Translations under genes and position numbers: made by a program
Shown here: positions 1 to 54,781 of the stretch, piece by piece
Position numbering within the stretch: the stretch's first letter is position 1
Layout of the letters: the number at the start of each line of letters is the position of its first letter
The notes under the pieces: model-generated
Told to the model about the DNA's origin: nothing
What the model saw: the letters and a program-made list of their open reading frames with translations, nothing else
The model's database searches: none
NCBI GenBank assembly: GCA_044892525.1
Contig: CM097885.1
Span: forward strand, 7,380,001-7,444,000
From: Schmidtea polychroa
Taxonomy: Eukaryota
DNA: 64,000 bases
Direction: 5' to 3'

Positions 1-6290
<6,290 letters not shown>

Positions 6291-6371
6291 TTCTATCAAA
6301 ATAATAGTGCTACATCCTGTTTATGTAAAGCTTAATTTTACTGGAGATTTTACATTCACTTAATAATTCAT

Positions 6372-20074
<13,703 letters not shown>

Positions 20075-21779
20075 GTCACGATTTTGATTACTGTGATGTC
20101 TTTACTTTTGTCTTTTTATGAAAGTTGATATTGACTTTGAATAAATAATTATTATTTTATTTTTGTCCTATCCTCATTTGAGGTTTCCACTGTCAATTTA
20201 TGAGTTTGGTAAGTCACTGGATTTTTCTGTCAACATCTGATGCAGAAACATATTTCCTTTCAACAGATGCCTTGAGTTAAATTATACTAAAATAACTTAT
20301 AATGACACAAAATTCCTCAAAACTTATTAATGATTGTCTGGTTATGTTTAATAAAATCATGGAAAACCTTCCAAGCACCAGACTAGGAATGAAATCAATA
20401 TCAGAAGTATACATACCACTGGTGGTATTATTGCTTTTATTGTTACAAGTCAGTACTAGTTTCTGATTCCTTGGTATCATTATTCAAATCAATTGAACTA
20501 CCTAACACAAAAACGTTTATTCAAAATTACTACAATTGTTTACAACACTTTTATATCAATAACACTTTTAACCTTTCATGCTGGGATAAGTCTTTCAATG
20601 GGAGATCTCCTTTCTGGTACGCTAAAAATCAATTTGATACTAACTGGAACCTTTAAACTTCTTGAAATTTTACCTACTTGTCTACTTCTTTTATATCATT
20701 CTCATAATGAAGTCCACTTTTCTTTTAGATTGGTTTAGTAGCAGGCGCCTCTTGATGATATCAATTTTGTTTATCACTCCCCGGGTTTTGATTTTTATAC
20801 TAATTTATTGTCGATTTGGAGATCATGGAACTTTCACATAACCCTTATATCTCTGGGTTATTTTGTCAACTTTTTAATAAAAGTCGGGTTCCAGTTTTTC
20901 TTGTGTTTCCCACTATTAGTTTGGTTCTAATTTAATAAATTTGTAGACAAAGAGGGTTTCTCACACTGCTGTGGGTTTTTCATTCGATAATTAATTTTTA
21001 ATTAAACTTAATTTTCTTTAAATATTTCCTTCTGGTGATCCATATTGATTTTATTTAATCATATTTGGATTTGTATCATTATGTACCATCATTATGTACC
21101 ATTCGCCCATATTAATTTACCCCGCAAAATATTTATTTTAAATTTTTTGATTTTTTAATTAATTTTTGCACTTTAGTTATTATTTTGGATTTGGTTTTTA
21201 TTGATTTGCACTTATTCGTTGTAATTTTTATTTTGGTTTTCATTTTGCTAGGCCAAACCCCAACACTTGTAACACTCAAATATTTGTCCACGAGTGTTAC
21301 GCTAATGTGCCTTTGAGTCTCTTTCGAATCGTCGTAAGACGTCATTGACCAGTTGGATTTTAATAGATGATAAATCACAAAAAAACCCTCCTATTAAAAT
21401 TTACAAACAAATTATTACAAATTATTTGGTGACACAAAGTTGATATAAGTCACTTATACGCCTGGTTTGTAAGATATCTAATGTATTTATACACGTTTGA
21501 TAAGAGTAATACAAACAGTGTTATTTGATGCGGCCTGAGATTTTGGGATTTGATCACAAATTCACTGAGGTTGATCTCAGATAAAACAAATAAGAGTCAA
21601 ATAAGTTCGAAACTAGTCAACCAATAAAAATCGCATTCAATATTACTTTAAAAACTTTATTGAGTATTAAACTGTTTAATTGATTTTTAACCTATTAATC
21701 ATGAAATAATATTTATATTTTAAATGGTAAATCATTCTTTTACTCAACAAAAAATATTATTTACAGGAAGTTTGTCAAA

Positions 21780-22380
21780 TCTTAATATTAAAGATAAAAT
21801 TGCTAGCTGGGGTTCTTTATCACCAACAAAACAGACTAAAATTTATATTTCATAGCACCTATATTTATAAACAATATATAGATAGAATTCAAATCTCTAC
21901 AAAATGACTTCATTATTTATTTCAAATTCACAATCATAACACCTTAAACAGCGCCTTTTTCAATCATCTTTTACATAAACATGCATTTTCAACATTTAAA
22001 AATACAAAAAAAATACATATCCATTCAATCTTCACCACCGCTGCACCTTTGAAATCAAAACTTCGAAAATCTCAAAAATCTCCAACATCAGACCTGTTTT
22101 ATCGAGATTGTCTATGCCATTCCTTTACCAAATTGTTTTGCTTTACAAAAAACATTGTATATCAAATCACTTGCACAAAATATGACGCAACGTACATAAG
22201 AGAAACCCATAAAACATTTACAACACGACTCAATCAACACATCAAAAACGAAATCAGTAATTATCACGAACACTGGGAAAATGTACACAAAAATTCAAAA
22301 ATACATTACAATGATTAGCCATAGAAATTCTTTTTATCAAAAAACACAAACCCTCCATCATCGTTCAACTAATTTAAATT
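21780..22380 (+). pseudogene. Old Penelope-like element 3' fragment (GIY-YIG endonuclease remnant)
   Basis: KNIVYQITCTKYDATYIRETHKTFTTRLNQH...H parallels LVYQFSCNGCNAIYIGETARHLCTRVLEH of the intact PLE; frameshifts and stops present. Confidence 0.8.
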
Positions 22381-22472
22381 TCAGGGACATTTAAAACTTC
22401 TAAAATTTAAATCAAATAATTTAAAAATCAATATTATTTAATTATAAGATAACGCCAATCAAACATTCTTTT

Positions 22473-22511
22473 CACGATATATTTCGACAGTTTTCCTGTC
22501 ATCATCAGGTG
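22473..22511 (-). ncRNA. Minimal type I hammerhead ribozyme (family 2)
   Basis: Minus strand CAC-CUGAUGA-U-GACAG(GAAAA)CUGUC-GAAA-UAUA-UC-GUG. Confidence 0.85.
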
Positions 22512-22663
22512 GGATATAATAACTCATTAAATTAAGGATTTTAAACAAATTTATTAATTATATATAAAAAAAATTTTTATTTTATAAAAACATTTAATTA
22601 TTTTTAAAAAATTATACTTAAATTAATATTAGAGAAACGCCAACTCAATAAATTCAACATAAA

Positions 22664-22704
22664 CGCGATATATTTCAATTGTACAACAATCTTCGTCAGG
22701 CTGC
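22664..22704 (-). ncRNA. Hammerhead ribozyme motif in the PLE 3' UTR/pLTR
   Basis: Minus strand GC-CUGACGA-A-GAUUGU(UGU)ACAAUU-GAAA-UAUA-UC-GC; stem I is short. Confidence 0.75.
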
Positions 22705-23017
22705 AATCTGGATAATCAATAATAAGACATAAAATATGCAATATCTAAACAAATTAACTAATAATAATCATCTCCAAACTGTATCAAAAATTTTAAAAAA
22801 AAATATTTTAAAAAAAAAAATATTTCAAAAAAAACATTTTAAAAAACCAAACCATATTTTACATAACCCACATACATATTATTTTAAAATTAAATTTTAA
22901 TTTAATCACATTTAACATTCAACATAAAATTAACAAATTTTAAAAAACAAATTACATAGTTTACAAAACACAAACATAATTATACCACAAACAAGACTCC
23001 CAACCTTCATCCTTCAA

Positions 23018-25249
23018 TTACTTAAACACATTCAAAATCTCCGTGGAACGGGCAACTTGATCATTTATTTTTGGATTTAAATATCTAATCAACAATGCCT
23101 CACAAGTTACTCGTTCCCAATAATTACTTAAACCTTTTGAAATAATTTTAAAATCAGAGATACCTATTTTTTTACTGACACATTTCCTAACATGATTACT
23201 AATATTAGTCAATCCTTTTGGTCGACAGTGTTCAAGAACTCGGGTGCAGAGATGACGGGCAGTCTCTCCAATGTATATGGCATTACACCCATTACATGAA
23301 AATTGATACACAAGCTCAGAACACAAACCAATTGGCGTTGGACATTTACTAGTAAACATACTGCTAACTTTGCAAGAAGTGGAAACAATCCTGAATTGAT
23401 CCTTGTCTACATATTTGAGAATTTTATGTTTAAATTCTCTGAAACCCTCCGAATAAGGCAATACTAACACATATTTCGGCTCCATGCGATTGGATCGATT
23501 CTTGTCACTTTCCGAATTTAACATAGTACTTTCCTCAGGATCAATAGGTACCTCAGATTCAGACGTACGCATACCAACGTTATCAGATTTAAACATTAAC
23601 TTATCCACAGTCACTTTTGTCATTTTCTCAAGAAAAGATTTAGAGTAGCCATTTTTAAGTAACAACTCAACCAATACATCAATACTTTTTACTGAATTAG
23701 CAAACGTGGAGGATAGTGACCAAGCACGAAACACTAATCCTCTCACCATATTCCTTTTATATTTAAACTCACAAAAACTATCAGGCGTTGTATATAAACC
23801 AGTATCCGTCGACTTTCTATATATTTCAGTCTCATAATGTTTCGATTTGCGTTGAATGAGTAAATCTAAAAACGCAATCGATGACCCTTTTTCTTCCTCA
23901 CATGTGAATTTAATATTCTTATGCAAATCATTCATAAAATATAAAAACGGCATTACATGTTCACGACTCTCAAACACCAAAAAAATATCATCCACATACC
24001 GTTTGTACACACTAGGTTTAACAAGATGGCATGAAGACATTTTCTTTTCCAAACTAGACATAAAAATAGAAGCCATAGTTGGGGCTAATGGAGAACCCAT
24101 AGCAACACCATCCACTTGTTTATACCATTCATTATTAAACAAAAAGTTAACATTCGACGTTGAAAATTCAAGCAATTTGCGAAAAGCAATTTTATCCACA
24201 TTCTTATGTTCAGACTCATTATTATTCCACATTTCACAACATAAATCAATCGTTTCCGCCAATGGAACATTAGTAAAAAGACTACACACATCAAACGAAA
24301 CCATCACTTCATCATCAGAACTTTTCTTCAGTGCAGCAATGAATGAAGCAAATTCAAAGCTATCCTTACATTCGAACTCAGACACCATTAACGGTTTTAA
24401 TAACCCATCCAAAAATTTGGCAATTTTATATTGAGCGGTTCCTACCATCGATAACACTGGTCTCATAGGCATACCTGCTTTATGTACTTTTGGAAGACCA
24501 TAAAGCTTTGCGGGTTGAGATCCTTTCGGTTTTAGGAATTTCACCAAATCTATATCAATATTTTTATCATCCGACAATTTGTTTAACATTTTTATCAAAG
24601 TTAGTTCATCTTTCAGAGGAGGCAACTTCCCATTTTTTCGACAACTACCATCTTTAACAAACTGTGGAGATGACAAAACATCGTTCAATTTATTCACATA
24701 CACATCATGGTCTAAGATAACCAAACCATTACCTTTATCATATTTACAAACGTTAATATCTTTTTTAGCTAAATTCTTCAAGATCAAAAAATCTTTTATA
24801 TCTTGTTTTTTATTTTTATTAATATAATCAATCGTACTCACATTCAACAAATTCTTTACATAATTATTATCTATATTCTTATCAAACACGCACATATTGT
24901 AGTACAATCTTTCAATTTTAGCACACAGTTTAGTTTTGTCAATACGATTTTTAATACCATGATTAGGACCATATTTTAAAATTCGCTCTTCATCATGTGT
25001 CAACACAATTTTACTCATATTTAAAAATGTCTCCTTTACATCAAACTTATAAATACCAAACAATCTTCTTAAATTATTCAACTTTTTAATATGGGAATCA
25101 TACTTATGCTTTAATTGTAACTCAGAGCAATTGATACACCATTTGATACAATATTGAAAACGAAAATCACCAATCAACCTGATCAAAACCGCTTCTATTC
25201 CAACTAATTCATCATCCAAAATCCGCTTCTTTTTCTTCTGTGCTTCCAA
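23018..25249 (-). CDS. PLE reverse transcriptase + C-terminal GIY-YIG endonuclease; frame stays open upstream to the truncation at ~25291
   Basis: LYGLPKVHK, SFDVCSLFTNVP, GVAMGSPLAP, YKRYVDDIF, FLDL, YRKST; endonuclease VYQFSCNGCNAIYIGET..RVLEH..H..EALLI..PKIN. Confidence 0.97.
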   Translation of the reverse strand: MEAQKKKKRILDDELVGIEAVLIRLIGDFRFQYCIKWCINCSELQLKHKYDSHIKKLNNLRRLFGIYKFDVKETFLNMSKIVLTHDEERILKYGPNHGIKNRIDKTKLCAKIERLYYNMCVFDKNIDNNYVKNLLNVSTIDYINKNKKQDIKDFLILKNLAKKDINVCKYDKGNGLVILDHDVYVNKLNDVLSSPQFVKDGSCRKNGKLPPLKDELTLIKMLNKLSDDKNIDIDLVKFLKPKGSQPAKLYGLPKVHKAGMPMRPVLSMVGTAQYKIAKFLDGLLKPLMVSEFECKDSFEFASFIAALKKSSDDEVMVSFDVCSLFTNVPLAETIDLCCEMWNNNESEHKNVDKIAFRKLLEFSTSNVNFLFNNEWYKQVDGVAMGSPLAPTMASIFMSSLEKKMSSCHLVKPSVYKRYVDDIFLVFESREHVMPFLYFMNDLHKNIKFTCEEEKGSSIAFLDLLIQRKSKHYETEIYRKSTDTGLYTTPDSFCEFKYKRNMVRGLVFRAWSLSSTFANSVKSIDVLVELLLKNGYSKSFLEKMTKVTVDKLMFKSDNVGMRTSESEVPIDPEESTMLNSESDKNRSNRMEPKYVLVLPYSEGFREFKHKILKYVDKDQFRIVSTSCKVSSMFTSKCPTPIGLCSELVYQFSCNGCNAIYIGETARHLCTRVLEHCRPKGLTNISNHVRKCVSKKIGISDFKIISKGLSNYWERVTCEALLIRYLNPKINDQVARSTEILNVFK

Positions 25250-25323
25250 AGTTCTACGTAACGTTTTCCGGTGGATTGAAGTAATATCTTCAATAATAAT
25301 AATATAATAATAATTATAATAAT

Positions 25324-27100
25324 AACCCGCAAAGCTTTATGGTCTTCCAAAAGTACATAAAGCAGGTATGCCTATGAGACCAGTGTTATCGATGGTAGGA
25401 ACCGCTCAATATAAAATTGCCAAATTTTTGGATGGGTTATTAAAACCGTTAATGGTCTCTGAGTTCGAATGTAAGGATAGCTTTGAATTTGCTTCATTCA
25501 TTGCTGCACTGAAGAAAAGTTCTGATGATGAAGTGATGGTTTCGTTTGATGTGTGTAGTCTTTTTACTAATGTTCCATTGGCGGAAACGATTGATTTATG
25601 TTGTGAAATGTGGAATAATAATGAGTCTGAACATAAGAATGTGGATAAAATTGCTTTTCGCAAATTGCTTGAATTTTCAACGTCGAATGTTAACTTTTTG
25701 TTTAATAATGAATGGTATAAACAAGTGGATGGTGTTGCTATGGGTTCTCCATTAGCCCCAACTATGGCTTCTATTTTTATGTCTAGTTTGGAAAAGAAAA
25801 TGTCTTCATGCCATCTTGTTAAACCTAGTGTGTACAAACGGTATGTGGATGATATTTTTTTGGTGTTTGAGAGTCGTGAACATGTAATGCCGTTTTTATA
25901 TTTTATGAATGATTTGCATAAGAATATTAAATTCACATGTGAGGAAGAAAAAGGGTCATCGATTGCGTTTTTAGATTTACTCATTCAACGCAAATCGAAA
26001 CATTATGAGACTGAAATATATAGAAAGTCGACGGATACTGGTTTATATACAACGCCTGATAGTTTTTGTGAGTTTAAATATAAAAGGAATATGGTGAGAG
26101 GATTAGTGTTTCGTGCTTGGTCACTATCCTCCACGTTTGCTAATTCAGTAAAAAGTATTGATGTATTGGTTGAGTTGTTACTTAAAAATGGCTACTCTAA
26201 ATCTTTTCTTGAGAAAATGACAAAAGTGACTGTGGATAAGTTAATGTTTAAATCTGATAACGTTGGTATGCGTACGTCTGAATCTGAGGTACCTATTGAT
26301 CCTGAGGAAAGTACTATGTTAAATTCGGAAAGTGACAAGAATCGATCCAATCGCATGGAGCCGAAATATGTGTTAGTATTGCCTTATTCGGAGGGTTTCA
26401 GAGAATTTAAACATAAAATTCTCAAATATGTAGACAAGGATCAATTCAGGATTGTTTCCACTTCTTGCAAAGTTAGCAGTATGTTTACTAGTAAATGTCC
26501 AACGCCAATTGGTTTGTGTTCTGAGCTTGTGTATCAATTTTCATGTAATGGGTGTAATGCCATATACATTGGAGAGACTGCCCGTCATCTCTGCACCCGA
26601 GTTCTTGAACACTGTCGACCAAAAGGATTGACTAATATTAGTAATCATGTTAGGAAATGTGTCAGTAAAAAAATAGGTATCTCTGATTTTAAAATTATTT
26701 CAAAAGGTTTAAGTAATTATTGGGAACGAGTAACTTGTGAGGCATTGTTGATTAGATATTTAAATCCAAAAATAAATGATCAAGTTGCCCGTTCCACGGA
26801 GATTTTGAATGTGTTTAAGTAATTGAAGGATGAAGGTTGGGAGTCTTGTTTGTGGTATAATTATGTTTGTGTTTTGTAAACTATGTAATTTGTTTTTTAA
26901 AATTTGTTAATTTTATGTTGAATGTTAAATGTGATTAAATTAAAATTTAATTTTAAAATAATATGTATGTGGGTTATGTAAAATATGGTTTGGTTTTTTA
27001 AAATGTACCTGACGAAGATTGTTGTACAATTGAAATATATCGCGTTTATGTTGAATTTATTGAGTTGGCGTTTCTCTATTATTAAATCATTGCCACGTTT
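25324..27100 (+). mobile_element. Penelope-like element, right (inverted) arm; ORF 25368-26822
   Basis: Near-identical reverse complement of ~22625-24516. One synonymous SNP seen in the ORF; ~133 bp (22701-22833) is absent just 5' of the HHR. Confidence 0.95.
27004..27045 (+). ncRNA. Hammerhead core of the right PLE arm (stem I 5' strand altered by deletion)
   Basis: CUGACGA at 27009, same stem II and GAAAUAUAUC as 22664-22704. Confidence 0.65.
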
Positions 27101-27738
27101 TTTTGATTATTTATTAAATTAATATATTATTTTTTTAAAATTTTAGCATTTAAAATTTAATTTAATAATTTAAAAAATTTTTATTAATTATTTAATTTAA
27201 TACAACAATCAATACTATTTATCAATATTATTTTATCAATATTTTTTATCAATATTATTTTATTTATATTTTATTTTATTAATATTATTTAAAATTTAAA
27301 ATCAAAATTTTCCAATAATATCAATACAAAATAAATTTTTTTTAAATTAATAGATAATGATCAAATCCACATGAAAAAGGCACGGCCAAAAATTCGTGAA
27401 TATAAAAAACATCGATATATTTACTGATTCATAGTGAAGCGTTTTAGTAAATACAATGTCAATCAGAGAAATCAGAGGTGGAAATCGAAAGTTAATATTA
27501 TAATTATAGTTTAGATTAATTATTATACAAAATAATAGTTGAATTAAAGTGTATCATATGACAATGAATATTCTGTCGAATATGTTAATCAGTTTCATTC
27601 TATGAACAGATCTTGATTCGTTCACCAGCGATTTTTCGGCGAATAGTTCGCAGGTGTAGTCATCACTAATTTTTGTTTACAAGATCTGTTTACAATAAAT
27701 ATTCAAACATTTGTTTTGGTTTTTTGTCGAAAATTGAA

Positions 27739-50992
<23,254 letters not shown>

Positions 50993-51449
50993 ATATTTCA
51001 ATGGTTTATCGAAATAATTTTAAATTGTAAATTATTGACTATTAAAATAACTTTAAATAGTTTTTAAATTGGATTTCTTAAGTTGAAATTTTTAAATTAA
51101 AAATTAAAATAGCTTTTTAAAAAAAGAAGTTTTATTAATGAAAAATTTTAAATAAATATGTTTTAAATATTGAAATATTTTGATAAATGGTTTTGAAAAT
51201 ATTTTATTCAACGCGGAAAATTTTTTGTATATTGTATATATGGATTGTTGTTGTTAAATTAAATAATTATTAAATTATTAAATTAAATTTCAATATTTTA
51301 AAATTTTATATTTGATTGATAAAATTAAAAAAAATAATATATTATTTGAATTATAATGTTTTAAAGAATGAAATATTTTTAAAAATTTTTTTAATATAAT
51401 TAATAATTAATACAATTAATAATCTATAATTTCTATAGTTATTATATCC

Positions 51450-51488
51450 TACCTGATGATAACAGGAAAACTGTCGAAATATATCGTA
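51450..51488 (+). ncRNA. Family-2 hammerhead ribozyme copy
   Basis: UAC-CUGAUGA-U-AACAG(GAAAA)CUGUC-GAAA-UAUA-UC-GUA; flanks match 22441-22530; followed by (AAT)n. Confidence 0.8.
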
Positions 51489-51554
51489 AGACGAATGTTT
51501 GATTGGCGCTTTTTTATAATCAAATCGTTGCCATTCATGTTTAATTATTTAATC

Positions 51555-51809
<255 letters not shown>

Positions 51810-51955
51810 TGACATAATGATTTAACAAAATTCAAATATTTATTTTATCACAATTCTTAATTATTTAAACAAAATTAAACTAATATTTTCTTTAAATGGT
51901 TTTGTGTGATTAATGCTTTACTAATCACAACAATTTTCCCCTCCTAATTTGATTG

Positions 51956-53350
51956 TCATGCTGGCTTTAGACGATCAACTGATACATTCTCCCCATTCGA
52001 TAGCTTGAAATATTTTGGCTGCTTTTCTAATACACGAAACGGACCTGTATATGGAGCTTCTAATGATTTCCGTACATCTTTTCTTATGTACACGAATTCA
52101 CAGTCCTTGATAGATTTTGGGATTGTCATACCATCTTGCAAGGGTCTTTCGATTATTCTGAAGCTCTCAATAATTTGTTTTAATTGATGTGAGAAGCTTC
52201 TTTTGGGGGAATTAAACATAATTCCTGGTACAAGATCACATCTAAATGCTCTCTGTGTCGGAGAGTAACCTGTTGAATCGGGACTATTCCTTATCATTAA
52301 CAGTACCTGATGTAAAACATCAATCCACCTTTTATTAGTTTTATCCATTGAAGCCATAACTTGAGAATTGGTAACTTGGTTTTTATTTCCAGGGCAGTAA
52401 ACTATCTTTCATTGAAATTCGTGAATATATTGGAGATGTCTTCATTGTCTGTTGCTTGTGTCTTTTAGTTGTCCTTTGGCGATTGGCTTGTGATCCGTCT
52501 GTATCGCAAATTCAGTGGCTTCGAGAAAATGACGGAAGTGCTTGCAAGCTTTGTATAATGCAAGTAATTTTCTGTCGTATGTATTGTATCTAGATTCTGT
52601 CTTCGTTAACAGTCTGCTAAAAAATGATATTGGTCTCCAATGCAACTCCAATACCTGATTCTGAGGCATCTGTTCTCAAGGTGGAAGGTTTTGATTCATG
52701 AAGTAACGCGAGTTCGGTCGTTTTTTGTAATAATTGTTTCGCTTCATCAAAACATTTTAGACTTTCCTCCGTCCAAATTATCTTTTTGGATTTAGAATTG
52801 ATGAGTTTATATAATAATTCCAATTTATTTGCAGACTCTGAAATTAGATGGTTATAAAAATTAATTATACCTAAAATCTTCTTAGTTGTTTTGTTGTTTC
52901 TGGCAATTTATAATTTTTGATTGTTATAATTTTAATTTCTAAAGGACAAATTCCAGTTCTTGATATGTGATGGCCCAAAAAATATACTTCAGGTTGCATA
53001 ATTTTGCATTTTCTACATTAATTACCAATCCAACTTTGTTTAATTCATTTGCAATTATTTTTAAATGGTTGTCATGTTCTTCTTCTGTGTCTGATGCAAT
53101 AATTACATAATCCAAGTATGCTCTTGCGAATGGAAATTTCAGCAGTATTGCGTCAATTGTTCTTTGAAAAGTCAATGGGGCATTTCGTAATCCAAATGGC
53201 ATAAAAAGGAATTCGTACATACCAAACGGAATAGTTATTGCTGTCTTTGGAATGTCATTTTCGTTCATTGGAATTTGTAAATACGCCTTTTCAAGGTCGA
53301 TAGTAGAGAAGTATTTTTTATTTCTCACAATCTGCAATATATCCTCGATT
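51956..53350 (-). mobile_element. Decayed Ty3/Gypsy pol (RT, RNase H, integrase C-terminus)
   Basis: FSTIDLEKAYLQIPM, MPFGLRNAPLTFQR, YLDY (for YxDD), TDASESGIG, PISFFSRLL, LEAPYTGPFRVL; frameshifts and deletions. Confidence 0.93.
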
Positions 53351-53368
53351 CTTTTACTATTATTATTA

Positions 53369-53689
53369 TTAGAGGCTCTGCCCCCGTTCGCTTCGCTTCA
53401 CCAACCCCGTTAGAACGTGGGGTTAATGTTAAAGTTAATATCCAGGGTATTCTCGGACAGGAATAAGATTCAGTTTATTAATATGTTCACATAACTATGA
53501 TAAAAGATAATAGCATAAACCGTTTCAAAGTAATATAGAACGATAAGTACAAAAGAATAAATATATCATAAAAAATTAAAAATGACAACTGGAAAAAAAA
53601 ATAAAATAAATAAAAAAATAATAAAAAAAATTTTAAAAAAAGTAAAATTCGGATGGAGGGGACCCTTAGCGCTTTTATATATAGAGAGA
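53369..53689 (-). mobile_element. Non-autonomous Helitron in an (ATT)n tract
   Basis: Minus strand A|TCTCTCTATATATAAAAG ... GAAGCGAAGCGAACGGGGGCAGAGCCTCTAA|T (TC...CTRR). Confidence 0.7.
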
Positions 53690-53923
53690 TTATTATTATT
53701 ATTATTATTAAGACTTACATTTTTTACCTTAGAAACTGACCAACAATTACGATTATCATTTAAAAAGGAAAAAGAAGGTTATTTTTTATTTATTACCAAT
53801 GCCAATAATTATTGTTGTTGATATGTTTTTAAATTTATTTTGCATGTTTTAATAGATCTAACTTAATTGCCTTATTTCAAATTTACCCAAAAATAATTTT
53901 GTTTAAATCAATGAAACTATATA

Positions 53924-54137
53924 CAGTAATACCCCGTTTTACGTACACTAAAATAAAAGTATAAAACTACATGCATAATATCCCTCTTTTTCTTTTTCTT
54001 TTTATTTATATGTTTATTGTTTTAGTTTATTTCAAACATATTATTCATCAATAAAAGCAGTAGATTCATTTTACGTACATTTTTGTTTTACGTACACGCT
54101 CCGGTCCCAAAGTGTACGTAAGTGCGGGGTATTACTG
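53924..54137. mobile_element. Tigger-like MITE
   Basis: TA|CAGTAATACCCCG..TACGTACAC ... GTGTACGTA..CGGGGTATTACTG|TA. Confidence 0.88.
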
Positions 54138-54513
54138 TATATAAATTGTGATGAAACTTTTATGATCGAAAAATGTTATTTGTATATCTTAATTCGAATC
54201 TGACTCCAGTATAAATAAATAAAATATAAATAAAAAAATATGTGTAAAAAATATTAAATGTAAACAGCATGTCGGTTTCCTATTTAATATATTTTATTTA
54301 TCTGAATAAAATTTGGAAACAGAGACAATATTGTGATCAGAAGGAGCCTGCAAGAGCATGGTAACCTCTAATTTGAGGGAAATAAGAGAGGACATAAAAG
54401 ATTGATTTTGGGGCTATTCAGGTGCCATGAAATCGGTCTATCTGATTTGGGCACAATTACTTTGAGATTATCATTTAATTTTCAGGATAGCAATGTATTA
54501 AACTACCATTATA

Positions 54514-54781
54514 CAGGAATACCTCGCATAGTACGGTTTCGATCAGTACGGTTTCTCTATAGTACGGTTTTGAAATTTTCAAAATATGATTGTTTTTAAA
54601 ATGATTAAATAAAATTTTCGAAATTTAAAAAAGTTTTTTTTAATTAATTTTTTAGAATTTATTCGTTATTAGGGGTACTAAGCCGTAAATTTATTAGCGC
54701 CAGAATGCCTCGAATAGTCCGGTTTCAAATAGTACGGCTAAATTCCAGAACCGATTAACCGTACTGTTCGAGGTTTTCCTG
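54514..54781. mobile_element. Tigger-like MITE
   Basis: TA|CAGGAATACCTCGCATAGTACGGTT ... AACCGTACTGTTCGAGGTTTTCCTG|TA. Confidence 0.85.

Larger units (their letters stand above)
22622..25291 (-). mobile_element. Penelope-like element, left arm (5'-truncated, with 3' UTR/pLTR and HHR)
   Basis: Contains the RT-GIY-YIG ORF and the HHR at 22664-22704; inverted copy at 25324-27100. Confidence 0.95.

Noticed and set aside
20160..21400. Possible retroelement or gene debris on the minus strand
   Set aside because: No recognisable motif.
23856..25984. 192 aa, 82 aa and 69 aa ORFs overlapping the PLE
   Set aside because: Antisense or alternate-frame shadows of the RT ORF.
54098..54112. CCGGTCCCAA resembling a twister ribozyme core
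   Set aside because: Lies in a MITE subterminal region; the other twister elements are absent.
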